Source: an uncultured Spirochaetota bacterium
Lineage (GTDB): Bacteria; Spirochaetota; Spirochaetia; SZUA-6; Fen-1364
Direction: 5' to 3'
DNA length: 64,000 nt
NCBI GenBank assembly: GCA_963745235.1
Contig: CAVUXE010000048.1
Coordinates: 46,908 to 110,907 of the forward strand
Shown in pieces: positions 42,284 to 52,066 of this stretch (position 1 is the first letter of the stretch; each line of letters begins with the position of its first letter). Both the position numbers and the translations under genes were made by a program. The notes below the pieces were generated by a model. That model was not told the origin of the DNA and made no database searches. It was given only the letters and a program-made list of their open reading frames with translations.

Positions 42284-44070
42284 GCATCCGACGGACATAT
42301 CTCCTTGTCCCCGCCGCCGGCGCAGGCGAGGGCCTCGGTCACCTTGCGCGCTGCCGCCGTCTTGCGGATCACCTGGCAAGCGGCGGACCGCGCGGCGCCG
42401 TCCGCCCCCGCGTCACGTTCCTGGCATCCCACCTGGATGAGGCATCGAAGCGGCTGCTGCGAGGGAAGGCCGGGCCGGAAGTCATTCGGGACCTGAAACC
42501 GGGCAGACAGTGGGACCTCATTGTGCTGGACCGACGGGAAACGCCGGTGGAAGAGCTTCGGAGACTCCAGAGAAGCGGCCCCGTCGTGTGCCTGGATGAA
42601 GGCGGGGCAGCGCGGGACTCGGCTTCGTTTCTCATCGACGCAATCCCCCGGTTGCCCGGCGGTCCCGGGCCCAATCTTTCCTCCCTTTCCCTCCTGGAGC
42701 TTCCACGGCGTTCCCGTCTCAAGGTGAGATGGCCTCCCCGGAAAATCCTCGTGAGCTTCGGCGGCGAGGATAGCGAGAACCTCAGCAGCCGGCTGCTGGA
42801 CGCCCTGCTCGTCAACAACGTGTTCTCCCCCGGGCAGATCACGCTGGTCGAAGGTCCGCTGTTCAAAACGAAAGTCTGGCCCCCGGGGGTCGATGTGGTG
42901 CGCAATGCCTCCCGGCTTACGCGCATGCTCTCCGCGTTCGACGTCGTTTTCTGTCACTTCGGGATTACCGCTCTTGAAGGTCTGGCCTCAGGGGTGCCGG
43001 TCATTCTTCTCAACCCGAGCGCTTATCACGCGCAGCTGGGCAGGTCATGCGGCTTTGCGGATATCGGGATCCGTGCCCCGGATACCCGAGCCCTCAAGAC
43101 CCTGCTGGATGATGGGGCGGCCATGCAGGCGCGCGTTGACAGCTTCAACGCGAAGGCAGGCAGGCAGCGTCGCTCATGGCCTCTTCCCGGAGTGCTTTCG
43201 TCCATGCGCCCCCGGGGAAAGCCACGGTGCCCGGTGTGCGGCCGTGACGGAAACAGGGTTGTGGCCCGGTTTCCCGACCGCACATACCGGTCCTGCGGCG
43301 GATGCGGAGTCACGTACCTGGAAAGCTTCGCCGAGGACGGCATGGAGTACGGGACCCGGTATTTCGGCGCAGAATACAAGGCTCATTACGGCCGCACGTA
43401 CCTTGAAGACTTTGGGGCAATCAAAGCCGCGTCCGCTGAGAGGCTTCGAATCATCCGGGCCGTGTCGGGGGAGAGTACTGACGGCGTGATGGTGGACGTG
43501 GGGTGCGCGTTCGGACCGTTTCTTTCCGCCGCGACCGACCTGCGGCTTGCCTGTTTCGGCATTGATGTCTCGGAGCAGGCGGTGAGGTACGTGCGAAAGG
43601 AGCTCGGAGTTCCCGCCATCTGCTCTTCCTTTGAGGCGGCGCAGAGACGGCAGCTGCCGCGGAGAATATCCGCCATCACGCTCTGGTATGTCATCGAGCA
43701 TTTTCTCGACGTGGACCTCGTTCTGAGGAAAGCATCCGCGCTCCTGTCGGCCGGAGGTGTTCTTGCCTTCTCGACCCCGAACGGAGACGGGATCTCCGCG
43801 CGGAAAAACCTTCGGGAGTTCCTGGACAGGAGCCCGCCGGACCATTTCACGATCCTCCGGCCGTCAGGACTCGGCAGGATCCTTGCAGCCCATGGCTTCG
43901 AGCTTCAGCGCGTTCGAATCACGGGCCACCATCCCGAACGCTTCCCAGGGTTTCTGGGGAAGGCCGGGCTCAGGGCAGGGGCGGGCTCGCGGGTGCTTGG
44001 CCGGGTGAGCAGGCTCATTGGGCTGGGCGACACGTTCGAGGCCTACGCCGTCAAAGTGGACCAGGCATGA
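42280..44070 (+). CDS. PseG/SpsG-like GT-B domain fused to Zn-ribbon class I SAM methyltransferase
   Basis: GLGHLARC, LVSFGGED; CPVC..CGGC; YGRTYLED, DVGCAFGPF, LWYVIEH, FSTPN. Confidence 0.8.
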   Translation: MSIRRTYLLVPAAGAGEGLGHLARCRRLADHLASGGPRGAVRPRVTFLASHLDEASKRLLRGKAGPEVIRDLKPGRQWDLIVLDRRETPVEELRRLQRSGPVVCLDEGGAARDSASFLIDAIPRLPGGPGPNLSSLSLLELPRRSRLKVRWPPRKILVSFGGEDSENLSSRLLDALLVNNVFSPGQITLVEGPLFKTKVWPPGVDVVRNASRLTRMLSAFDVVFCHFGITALEGLASGVPVILLNPSAYHAQLGRSCGFADIGIRAPDTRALKTLLDDGAAMQARVDSFNAKAGRQRRSWPLPGVLSSMRPRGKPRCPVCGRDGNRVVARFPDRTYRSCGGCGVTYLESFAEDGMEYGTRYFGAEYKAHYGRTYLEDFGAIKAASAERLRIIRAVSGESTDGVMVDVGCAFGPFLSAATDLRLACFGIDVSEQAVRYVRKELGVPAICSSFEAAQRRQLPRRISAITLWYVIEHFLDVDLVLRKASALLSAGGVLAFSTPNGDGISARKNLREFLDRSPPDHFTILRPSGLGRILAAHGFELQRVRITGHHPERFPGFLGKAGLRAGAGSRVLGRVSRLIGLGDTFEAYAVKVDQA

Positions 44071-45663
44071 AGACCATCATGATTCTTGGCGCCGGGGTCA
44101 TGCAGCTTCCCGGGATACGGCTGGCAAAGCAGAGCGGTTGGCGGGTCATCGTCGCTGACGGAAACATGGAAGCCCTGGGAAGCCCGCTTGCGGATCATTT
44201 CGAGGCAGTGGACCTGAAGGACAAGGACGGCCTCCTCGCCGTCGCGAGGCAGTACCACACGCGTTATGGACTGGACGGCGTGTTCACGGCAGGGACTGAT
44301 TTCTCATCGTCGGTGGCCTGGGTTTCTGAAAAGATGGGGCTTCCCGGAATCACGTTCGAGGCCGCCATGCGCGCCACGGACAAGTGCCTGATGAGAGAGG
44401 CGTTCCAGAGGGCTGGCGTGCCGAGCCCGGGCATTCGTGTGCTTGTCGGGCTCCTTGGACCCCGGTGCAAGCCTTGGCGGATTGCAGTTCCCCCTCGTGG
44501 TCAAGCCGGTCGACAACATGGGCGCCCGCGGCGTGCGCAGGGTCGACTCACGGGAGGCATTGCTGGACGCATACCGCTCGGCTCTTCCGCTGTCGCGATC
44601 CTCCCGTGTCATTGTGGAGGAGTTCATGGAGGGTCCTGAGCTGAGCCTGGACGCGGTGGTCTACGGGGGCAAAGTCACCGTTTGCGGCGTGGCTGACAGG
44701 CACATCTTTTTCCCGCCGAGCTTCGTCGAAATGGGCCATACTATGCCCACCTCCCTCGACCCCCCCGCGGTTCGCCGCATCGAGGAGGTCTTCGAGGCAG
44801 GCATCCGCGCAATCGGGATCCAGAACGGGGCGGCGAAGGGCGACATCAAGCTTACCGCGCACGGCCCCATGGTGGGGGAGATAGCGGCCCGGCTTTCCGG
44901 GGGGTACATGTCAGGCTGGACATTCCCCCTTTCCTCTGGCGTCGAGGTCACACAGGCTGCCATGAACATTGCAGTCGGCTTGCCCCCCGGTGATCTTGCG
45001 CCGCGGCTCACAAGAGTGGTCGCGGAAAGGGCTTTCATTTCCATCCCCGGGAGAGTCATGCGTGTGGCCGGCGAAGAGGAGGCGCGGAGGCTGCCGGGGG
45101 TGGCAGAGGTTTTTGTGCGTGCGGCGCCGTGCGACAACGTCGTATTTCCAACGAACAACGTTGAAAAATGCGGGAACGTCATAACGATTGGCGATACGCG
45201 GGAAGACGCAGAGCGGACTGCCCGGACCGCGCTCAGTCGGATCTTCATCCACCTCGAGCCACTCAACCACCTGACCACCCGCTTTCTTTTTCGGGGCGCA
45301 GGGACCGACGCCTTTCAGACGCCAGATCAGCCTCTTCTTTCGGCGGTCGAAACCATGCCGCCTTTCCGCGGGAGCTTCGAAGATCAGCGGCCAGGCTCAC
45401 TGGTGAAGGTCCAGGCAATCCGCGGCTTCCCGGACCCTTCCTGCAGAGACTGGCATGGTCTTCCCTTCGCGGAGGCGGTGCGGATTGCCCTCGATGGCGT
45501 CGGGACACTGGTGGATGGCCCCGAAGCCGGCGGCCTTGTCCTGTGCGGACTCTTCTGGAGGGCGGTCCTCCGCGGAAGCGCCCAGGGCGGCCGCTATCTG
45601 TTGGACAGCGTTCGTGAAGCATCGCGCCGCGGAGCGCTGGGGGAGCTCCTCGCAGGATCATGA
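44067..45663 (+). CDS. ATP-grasp domain protein, frameshifted near 44430
   Basis: ILGAGVMQ, ATDKCLMR, VVKPVDNMGARGV, VEEFMEGPELS, GEIAARLSGG. Confidence 0.85.
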
Positions 45664-46703
45664 AGCCATTTCGCCGCCTGCTGCCCTTTCTTCTCGTAAT
45701 GACCTTTTCCGCGGCCGCCTTCGCGCAGGAGAGGAACCTGCTCTCCATGGTCGGTGAGCTGGGAGCGGGGCTGGAGTGGGATCCCCTGCGGGACCGGGGC
45801 GTCATATCTCTGGGAGATGACAGGATCTCTCTGGGTGTCGGGCTGCCGCTGGCCATCATCAACTACCGGCTTGCGGTTTCGATCCAGGCTCCGACGCGTC
45901 GCGACGGAGCGGTCTGGCTTGCCGCGGAAGCCATGTCGGAAATCAGCAAGGCGCTCGAGCAGGACAGGCTTGCCCACACGGCGGGGCACCTGCGCATCGC
46001 GGCCATCCTCATTGATCCAGGCCATGGCGGTGAGGACCCGGGAGCAACGGGGAACTACATGGTGGGAAAGAAGTCAATCCCCATCCGTGAGAAGGACGTT
46101 GTTCTGAAAATCGGTCTCACCCTTTCGCGGATGTTGCAGAAGGCGCTGCCTGACAAGGAAATCCTTCTCACACGTTCAGATGACACGTACGTCACCCTGG
46201 AGAAGCGGGCGGAGATGGCAAACAGCCTCCTCGGCAAGACAAATGACACGGTGCTCTACCTTTCCATACACGCGAACTCGACCTTCAACAAGTTGAGCCA
46301 GGCGAAAGGGTACGAAGTGTGGTACCTGCCGCCGGAATACAAGCGCACGCTCCTCGAGGGGAAGGACCCCTCCACCAGCGAGCTCATCCCGATCCTCAAC
46401 AGCATGCTCGAGGAGGAGATTTCCGTGGAGAGCATCGTGCTCGCCCGGGAGATTCTCTCGGGGTTGAACGCCTCCATCGGGGACCTCACGGAAAACAGGG
46501 GCATGCGCCAGGAGCCCTGGTACGTGGTTCGCAACGCGAAGATGCCCGCCGTCCTCGTGGAGGTCGGCTTCATGTCCAGCACTGAAGAGGCGGCGCGCCT
46601 GGCTGACGACGCGTACTTGAAAGGGATCGCAGAGGGATTGTACACTGGCGTCTGCTCGTTCATCGCTCGATTCGAAAGATACGGGAGCTCCGGTGTTCAG
46701 TAG
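45660..46703 (+). CDS. N-acetylmuramoyl-L-alanine amidase (Amidase_3)
   Basis: IDPGHGGEDPGA, EKD, LSIHAN, MPAVLVEVGF. Confidence 0.92.
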   Translation: MKPFRRLLPFLLVMTFSAAAFAQERNLLSMVGELGAGLEWDPLRDRGVISLGDDRISLGVGLPLAIINYRLAVSIQAPTRRDGAVWLAAEAMSEISKALEQDRLAHTAGHLRIAAILIDPGHGGEDPGATGNYMVGKKSIPIREKDVVLKIGLTLSRMLQKALPDKEILLTRSDDTYVTLEKRAEMANSLLGKTNDTVLYLSIHANSTFNKLSQAKGYEVWYLPPEYKRTLLEGKDPSTSELIPILNSMLEEEISVESIVLAREILSGLNASIGDLTENRGMRQEPWYVVRNAKMPAVLVEVGFMSSTEEAARLADDAYLKGIAEGLYTGVCSFIARFERYGSSGVQ

Positions 46704-47197
46704 ACTTGATTTCATCCTCGACATGCGCCTGAGAGGAAGACCCGCCATTGTCGGATACGTCATCCTCGGCGTCCTTCTTGTATCCCTTGTGACCTTCCTG
46801 CTCGTCGGCAATCGCCAGGGTCGAGCGGATCCTCTATTTCCCCCGCGAGCACGGACACGGTTTTCTGGCGGAGCCCCGCTTCCTCACGAGGCATCGGGGC
46901 GCGGAGGACAACATCGCGGAGCTCGTCAGCAGCGTCCTGCTGGGTCCCTCTCGCCATGACGCGGCCCGCCTTTTCGCCCGAGGCGCGACGGTCCGCGCGG
47001 CCATGCTTCGAGGCCACACCCTGTACCTGGACCTGACCGCCCGCGTCCTCGAAGTGGATCCGGAGGTGCCGCTCTCCGGAAGCGAAGCGTTCGAGGCTCT
47101 CGACAAATCCATCCTGCTCAACTTCCCCCGTGTTCACGAGATCGTCTTGTACATCGACGGACAGCTCCCGCGCCCCGCGGCCAAGAAAAATATTTGA
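46693..47197 (+). CDS. GerMN domain protein, frameshifted near 46815
   Basis: TM, then RILYFP..EPR..ELVSSVLLGP, LYLDL, ILLNFPRV..IVLYIDG. Confidence 0.7.
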
Positions 47198-47221
47198 CAA
47201 AGCACATCCCGTCACTATAAT
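47194..47221 (+). promoter_or_regulatory. Consensus sigma70 promoter of flaA
   Basis: TTGACA, 16-bp spacer, TATAAT; AAAGGAG RBS before ATG 47267. Confidence 0.8.
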
Positions 47222-47266
47222 TGTGCATGTGACTCCGGAACGACCTAGCTGTGAAAGGAGCAATGC

Positions 47267-48307
47267 ATGAAACGGCTGTTCGTTTTTGTTGTCGTTGGGC
47301 TGCTTCTCGGCGGAACAGCGTTGTTTGCCGACACATCGGTGCTCATCGACTTCGGGAAGCTTGCTGCGGACACCACCATCGGGACCCAGACGGTCCCGTC
47401 AGAGAACGGGCCAACGCTGATCGACTACAGCAACGTGGCTGGTGCCTCCTTCAGCGACGCTGAAAGAGCGGTGATGAAATCCTCGCTCGCGCTCGGAAAC
47501 TGGGGCGTCGAGCTCGCCTCATCTGCGCGGTCTGTGGCCAACCAGAGCGTAAGCTTCACGAAAGAAGCAACCGTCTCGGCTACTGCCAAGCCTTTCAACG
47601 GTGAGGACATGGCCAACAAGAAAGTGCTCGGCGTACGAGTGCATTTCCCCATTGACCCGTACAACTCATGGGCAATGGTCACTCCGCCCTTCGACATCCC
47701 CGCCTACGCGGACAAAACAGGGCCGGATGGAGTCACTGTCGCCGCGGCGGACAAGGGCGTTGGAGCGAAGTTCGAGGATGGATACGGGGTCGTCAAGAAC
47801 GTGGGCGTGCTCAAGAGCCTGTCCATCACCGTCTACGGCGCCAACTACCCCAACGGTCTTGGAGTCATTGTTTCAGACCAGGACGGCAACCAGCAGACCC
47901 TGTTCATGGACTACCTGCAGTTCGACGGCTGGCGCACCCTGACCTGGAACAACCCCAACTACGTCACTGACGTGCGCAACAGGGAGCTCAGGCGCTTCCC
48001 GTTGTACCCGCAGGGAATGCCGTACCTGAAGCTGATCGGTCTCGTGATCTACCGGGACGCGGCGCAGATGGGCGGTGATACTGTGACCTACTTCAAGGAC
48101 ATCAAGATCACCTACGACAAGGCCCTCATCAATACGAACAGAGACATCAACGACGAGGCTGTGTGGGGTATCCTGCAGCAGCGCCAGGAAGCCCGCAGAC
48201 TGGCTGAAGTCAGGCGCCTTGGGAACATCCAGGTCCTCCGGTTCCTGGAGAAGGAAAAGATGGACGCTGGGCAGGCCACAACGGGAACTCAGCCGGCAAA
48301 GCAGTAG
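47267..48307 (+). CDS. flaA: Periplasmic flagellar filament sheath protein FlaA
   Basis: Signal peptide, VLIDF.KL, NW.VELASSAR, VLGVRVHFP, NVGVLKS, WNNPNY, RDINDEAVWGI. Confidence 0.93.
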   Translation: MKRLFVFVVVGLLLGGTALFADTSVLIDFGKLAADTTIGTQTVPSENGPTLIDYSNVAGASFSDAERAVMKSSLALGNWGVELASSARSVANQSVSFTKEATVSATAKPFNGEDMANKKVLGVRVHFPIDPYNSWAMVTPPFDIPAYADKTGPDGVTVAAADKGVGAKFEDGYGVVKNVGVLKSLSITVYGANYPNGLGVIVSDQDGNQQTLFMDYLQFDGWRTLTWNNPNYVTDVRNRELRRFPLYPQGMPYLKLIGLVIYRDAAQMGGDTVTYFKDIKITYDKALINTNRDINDEAVWGILQQRQEARRLAEVRRLGNIQVLRFLEKEKMDAGQATTGTQPAKQ

Positions 48308-48333
48308 CGGCAAAGTCGCAGAACGGAACACAG

Positions 48334-48369
48334 AAGAGGCCTTCCCCGCGGAGGGCCTCTTTCTTTTTT
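48334..48369 (+). terminator. Rho-independent terminator after flaA
   Basis: AAGAGGCCTTCC-ccgc-GGAGGGCCTCTT followed by TCTTTTTT. Confidence 0.85.
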
Positions 48370-48412
48370 GGCGTGCCCGGCAGAGCGCCCGCTTTCTATG
48401 AGAGAGTTGCCT

Positions 48413-49588
48413 CTAGAGAGTTGCCTCGATGCCTATGAACGCGTCGAAGAAGGTGGAGACTGAGAAAGGAAAGAGCTTCATATTTGCCTTGAGGGTCCAC
48501 ACGACTCCGGGGGTGGCGAAAGACACGTAGGGGGACACGACGGTCTGCAGGATGCCCGGGGTGGTCATGGATGAGGATGTGAACTTGAAGTTGCCCTCCA
48601 TGCCGCCGCGGACAGATGTCTTGATAAGGTCCCCGACGTACGCGTTGACATTCACGTCGAAATTGCCGACCTCCGAGGGATTGTAGAACTGCTGGTAATA
48701 CGCCGGATGCCAGAAGAACGTCGGGACGATGGAGAACTGGTCGAGATGGAGACGCGGTTCGAAGAGGAGGTAGAACTGGTTGATCGAAAAGGCGGTGCTT
48801 GCATCCCATTCGGGCACTCCCACCTGCGCGAAGAACTCGACATCCTTGTTCGTTGCGTAGAGCATGAGCCCGCCCCTGTAGAGCCCGTATGTCGTCGTGG
48901 TAGTGTAGGTCAGCCCGAAGAACCCCTCAAGCTTTACGACATCCAGGTTCACCAGGGCGCGCACGTCCGTGGAGTATGAGCCAAGCTGCCCAGGGAGCGT
49001 GGCAATCGCGCCGGCTGGCAGGCTCAGCAGGTCGTTGTAGTGGGTATCTTCGTAGGCATACACGCTGAAGCGCAGCGTTTCCTTCACCGGTGTGATGTCC
49101 ACCCGCACCCCGGTCCCGTCCACCTGATAGATGCCCTGGTAGAGCGGGCCGGCGGGGAAGTACATGAACCCGCTGTACCCCGTCGCGAACGTCGTGGCCC
49201 CGAAGAAGGAGAAGCCGTCTCCCCTGCAGAAGTAGTCATTCTGGCCGACGAAATAGGAAATGTCGATGGAGCTGCCGAGGACGTCCCTCATGATGACGCT
49301 TGCGCCGTAGAAACCGATGGGGTTGAAGAAGCCGGGCGTTTCCAGGGAACTGGACGGGTCGGTGCTGCTGAGGAAGTTCAGATCCACCTGGGCGCCGAAC
49401 TTGTAGCCTCCGTCCACCTGGATGACGATATTCCCGTAGGTCTGCAGGGCGAACACCCCGTTGTAGGGAGCAGCGTGAGTGATGAGCTCGAAGGTCGGGA
49501 CGCTGATGTTGGCCGGAAACGCGAAGGCAGAAACCAGCAGGAAGAGCGCCAGGGCCGCACTTCTGGGCAGAAGAGGACTTTTCGTCAT
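48413..49588 (-). CDS. Exported beta-rich (probable outer-membrane) hypothetical protein
   Basis: Signal peptide, aromatic-rich alternating strands, GGYKFG. Confidence 0.75.
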   Translation of the reverse strand: MTKSPLLPRSAALALFLLVSAFAFPANISVPTFELITHAAPYNGVFALQTYGNIVIQVDGGYKFGAQVDLNFLSSTDPSSSLETPGFFNPIGFYGASVIMRDVLGSSIDISYFVGQNDYFCRGDGFSFFGATTFATGYSGFMYFPAGPLYQGIYQVDGTGVRVDITPVKETLRFSVYAYEDTHYNDLLSLPAGAIATLPGQLGSYSTDVRALVNLDVVKLEGFFGLTYTTTTTYGLYRGGLMLYATNKDVEFFAQVGVPEWDASTAFSINQFYLLFEPRLHLDQFSIVPTFFWHPAYYQQFYNPSEVGNFDVNVNAYVGDLIKTSVRGGMEGNFKFTSSSMTTPGILQTVVSPYVSFATPGVVWTLKANMKLFPFSVSTFFDAFIGIEATL

Positions 49589-49601
49589 TGCAGCCTCCTT
49601 G

Positions 49602-50348
49602 TCACGACGAAATGTGCTTGAAGATGTACCTCTCGAGAGCTTGCCTGTCCGACGCGCTCATTGTTTCAAAGCGGACCGCAAGCACGCGTGACTTGTAGAT
49701 GACCACGGTGCCAGATGGCGCCAGCGCCTTGCCGCCCAGGGCGAAGTCAAGGCGCGCAAGAGGGATGTCCTTTGTAAACAGGTTGTGAACGGGCGGGTTG
49801 AACAGCTCGATTGCCATCCCGCCCAGGCTGACGTCTACAATGCGTCCGGACATCAGTTGCTTGATTCCGGGCACGCGGAAGGAAACCCGGGTGAGCTCAT
49901 CCGGATCAGGGCTGACACGGATGTGCCTCCTGCTCGCGTTGTGGCCCGAAAGCTTGGCCAGGACGGCTTCGAGCTTTGCCTTTGCCGTGTCGGGGCTGAA
50001 AGGCTTCAGGAGATACCCGGCCACGCCGATCTCCACCATCTTGCGTACGAACTCCTTGCGCGACTGAATGGTGTGGACAACCACTGCGATCCTGCGTGTA
50101 TTGTCGGCAGCTTTCAGATCGTTGACGAGCTGGATTCCATCAACGTCCCGGTTGTCGATGTCGATGATTGCCCCTTCAATGCCACTCTGGGTCTTGATGG
50201 CTTGCAGGGCATCAGCGCGCGAGGCGACAGGGATGCCCTTGATCCCGAAAGAGAGAAGGGCGTAGCAGAGGGCTTCTCTGACGGCCAGCGCGCTCTCCAC
50301 GACGAGAAAAACCGAGGAAATGCGTGGAGCACCGCGCGGCACGATCAC
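49602..50348 (-). CDS. Response regulator receiver + PilZ domain protein
   Basis: REC (AIIDID, YLLKPF), then RRHIRV and DVSLGG PilZ motifs. Confidence 0.85.
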   Translation of the reverse strand: MIVPRGAPRISSVFLVVESALAVREALCYALLSFGIKGIPVASRADALQAIKTQSGIEGAIIDIDNRDVDGIQLVNDLKAADNTRRIAVVVHTIQSRKEFVRKMVEIGVAGYLLKPFSPDTAKAKLEAVLAKLSGHNASRRHIRVSPDPDELTRVSFRVPGIKQLMSGRIVDVSLGGMAIELFNPPVHNLFTKDIPLARLDFALGGKALAPSGTVVIYKSRVLAVRFETMSASDRQALERYIFKHISS

Positions 50349-50451
50349 CTCCTTGATGACCCCGGCATACTACACAGGAGGGAATGAGGCGTCAATCGAT
50401 GCGGAAGAAAGCAGAGTGCGCGTTGTTCGACGCCGCCGCTGTGCACGAGTA

Positions 50452-50480
50452 TTGACAGGATGCGGCTCCTCGTTTATGTT
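50452..50480 (+). promoter_or_regulatory. Putative sigma70 promoter of tRNA-Val
   Basis: TTGACA, 17-bp spacer, TATGTT. Confidence 0.6.
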
Positions 50481-50515
50481 CGTGCGGGCGCGGATGGTGA
50501 GAAACCACTCCGCAA

Positions 50516-50590
50516 GGGCGGCTAGCTCAGTCTGGTTAGAGCACCAGCTCGACACGCTGGGGGTCAGAAGTTCAACTCTTCTGCCGCCCA
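50516..50590 (+). tRNA. tRNA-Val(GAC)
   Basis: Acceptor GGGCGGC/GCCGCCC, anticodon stem CCAGC/GCTGG with GAC at 50551-50553, T-arm AGAAG-TTCAACT-CTTCT. Confidence 0.92.
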
Positions 50591-50657
50591 TAGGCAATTC
50601 TTTACGTTGTAAAGAGTAACCAAGAAGGGACCGAAAACGGACCTTCCAAAAGCATCG

Positions 50658-50692
50658 ACTGTGACACTAACTGTGACACTGAAGAGTCACAG
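50658..50692. repeat. Putative integrase arm-type binding sites
   Basis: ACTGTGACACT at 50658-50668 and 50670-50680 plus partial inverted GTCACAG at 50686-50692, between tRNA and integrase. Confidence 0.6.
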
Positions 50693-50710
50693 CACGTGTG
50701 GAGGTGCTCT

Positions 50711-51874
50711 ATGGAACGTCCCAAGCGGCCTTACTCCTTATTCAAACGACCCGCCATACGATTCCGCCACATCTACTACTGCCGCTTTCGAGGCGAGAAC
50801 GGCCGTTACCTTGCCCCCGTAACTACTGGGCAGTCAAACAAAGCAGCGGCGTCGAACTGGGCTGACGAGGAGATCAAGAGGGGACACCACGTCCAGCCTG
50901 GCAAGCGGGGAACTCTCTTCGACGTATTCGTGTCAGACTTCTGGTCTTTCAGCGGGGAGTACATCACTCGTCAGCTCGCGCGCGGGGGACACTTCTCTCG
51001 GCGACTCGCAGAAATGCGCGCGGCCCAACTGGAAAAGTGGATCTTGCCCTCCTTTAAAGGGAAACCGCTCGGCGGTGTCCGACGCCACGAGATCGAAAGT
51101 TGGGTGATGAACCTCTATCGCAACTCGGGTTTGACCCCGAGCACAGTTAATCGCTGTCTGACGAATCTGAAGATACTCATGGCTGAGGCGACACGCCGAG
51201 GCTTCTGCGCAGCCGATCCTGCCGCGGGAATCGCGATGCTGGCCGAAAGGCGCAAAGAGCGAGGAGTGCTTCTGCCAGAAGAGATCAAGAAGCTTTTCGC
51301 GGTGGACGCCCTAGAGAAGGTATGGAACGGGGAGCCAATGTTTTTCGCCGCTGCTATGTTGGCCGTAACCGGAGGATTACGGGCTGGAGAGATCCGAGCG
51401 CTGCGAGTGATGGACGCGCACCCTGACTTCGTGACTGTTTCGGGTAGTTGGGAAGAAGGATTTGGGCGCGGCGGGGCCAAATGGGGGAGTGAGCGCATCG
51501 TGCCGATTCCCTGTCGTACGTCAGATGGGCTACAGGCGATTATCAAGTCAAATCACTACCACGATCCTGCAGATCTCATCTTCGTAGGCTTTAAGCGTGG
51601 GGTCCCAGTCGGCAAGCATGTACTGTCCGATCGCTTCAACGAGGCGTTGGGGCGGATCGGTGTGACTGAGGCGTTACGAAAGGACAGGCGGCTGGTGTTT
51701 CATAGCACCCGGCATACGTTTAACTCGATTATGCGCGGCCGCATCGATTCAGGTAAACTCTTTCGTATCACTGGCCATCGACAGGAGTCGACTAACATCA
51801 TCTACACGCATGTTCTGCCGAAGGACCTGGAGGAAGTGCGAGCGCTTCAAGAGGAGATAGTCAGCATTCCCTAG
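50711..51874 (+). CDS. Tyrosine recombinase/phage-type integrase
   Basis: GGLRAGE (R), FHSTRH (HxxR), TGH, YTH; GGAGG RBS; directly after tRNA-Val. Confidence 0.92.
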   Translation: MERPKRPYSLFKRPAIRFRHIYYCRFRGENGRYLAPVTTGQSNKAAASNWADEEIKRGHHVQPGKRGTLFDVFVSDFWSFSGEYITRQLARGGHFSRRLAEMRAAQLEKWILPSFKGKPLGGVRRHEIESWVMNLYRNSGLTPSTVNRCLTNLKILMAEATRRGFCAADPAAGIAMLAERRKERGVLLPEEIKKLFAVDALEKVWNGEPMFFAAAMLAVTGGLRAGEIRALRVMDAHPDFVTVSGSWEEGFGRGGAKWGSERIVPIPCRTSDGLQAIIKSNHYHDPADLIFVGFKRGVPVGKHVLSDRFNEALGRIGVTEALRKDRRLVFHSTRHTFNSIMRGRIDSGKLFRITGHRQESTNIIYTHVLPKDLEEVRALQEEIVSIP

Positions 51875-52066
51875 ACCAAGAGCGCGTCATAGTTTGAACG
51901 AACTTGCGCTTCTTATTATAGGCAGATGCCCCTTGTGAAATTGCACAGTGAGGGCACCTTAGCAAGAGCGGGGATTCCTTCTGCGTCCGCATGTGCTGCC
52001 GGCCTTGAACTCTTTCTATTGTACAGGTGTCCGCTTCCGCGCTCTGGTTTGAGAAAGTAGGGGAAA

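Noticed and set aside
51933-51948. TTGTGAAATTGCACAG as a Rex or CRP operator, or as the transposon end
   Set aside because: Half-site spacing is 2 bp too short for Rex/CRP, and the true element end is defined by IR and TSD at 52028
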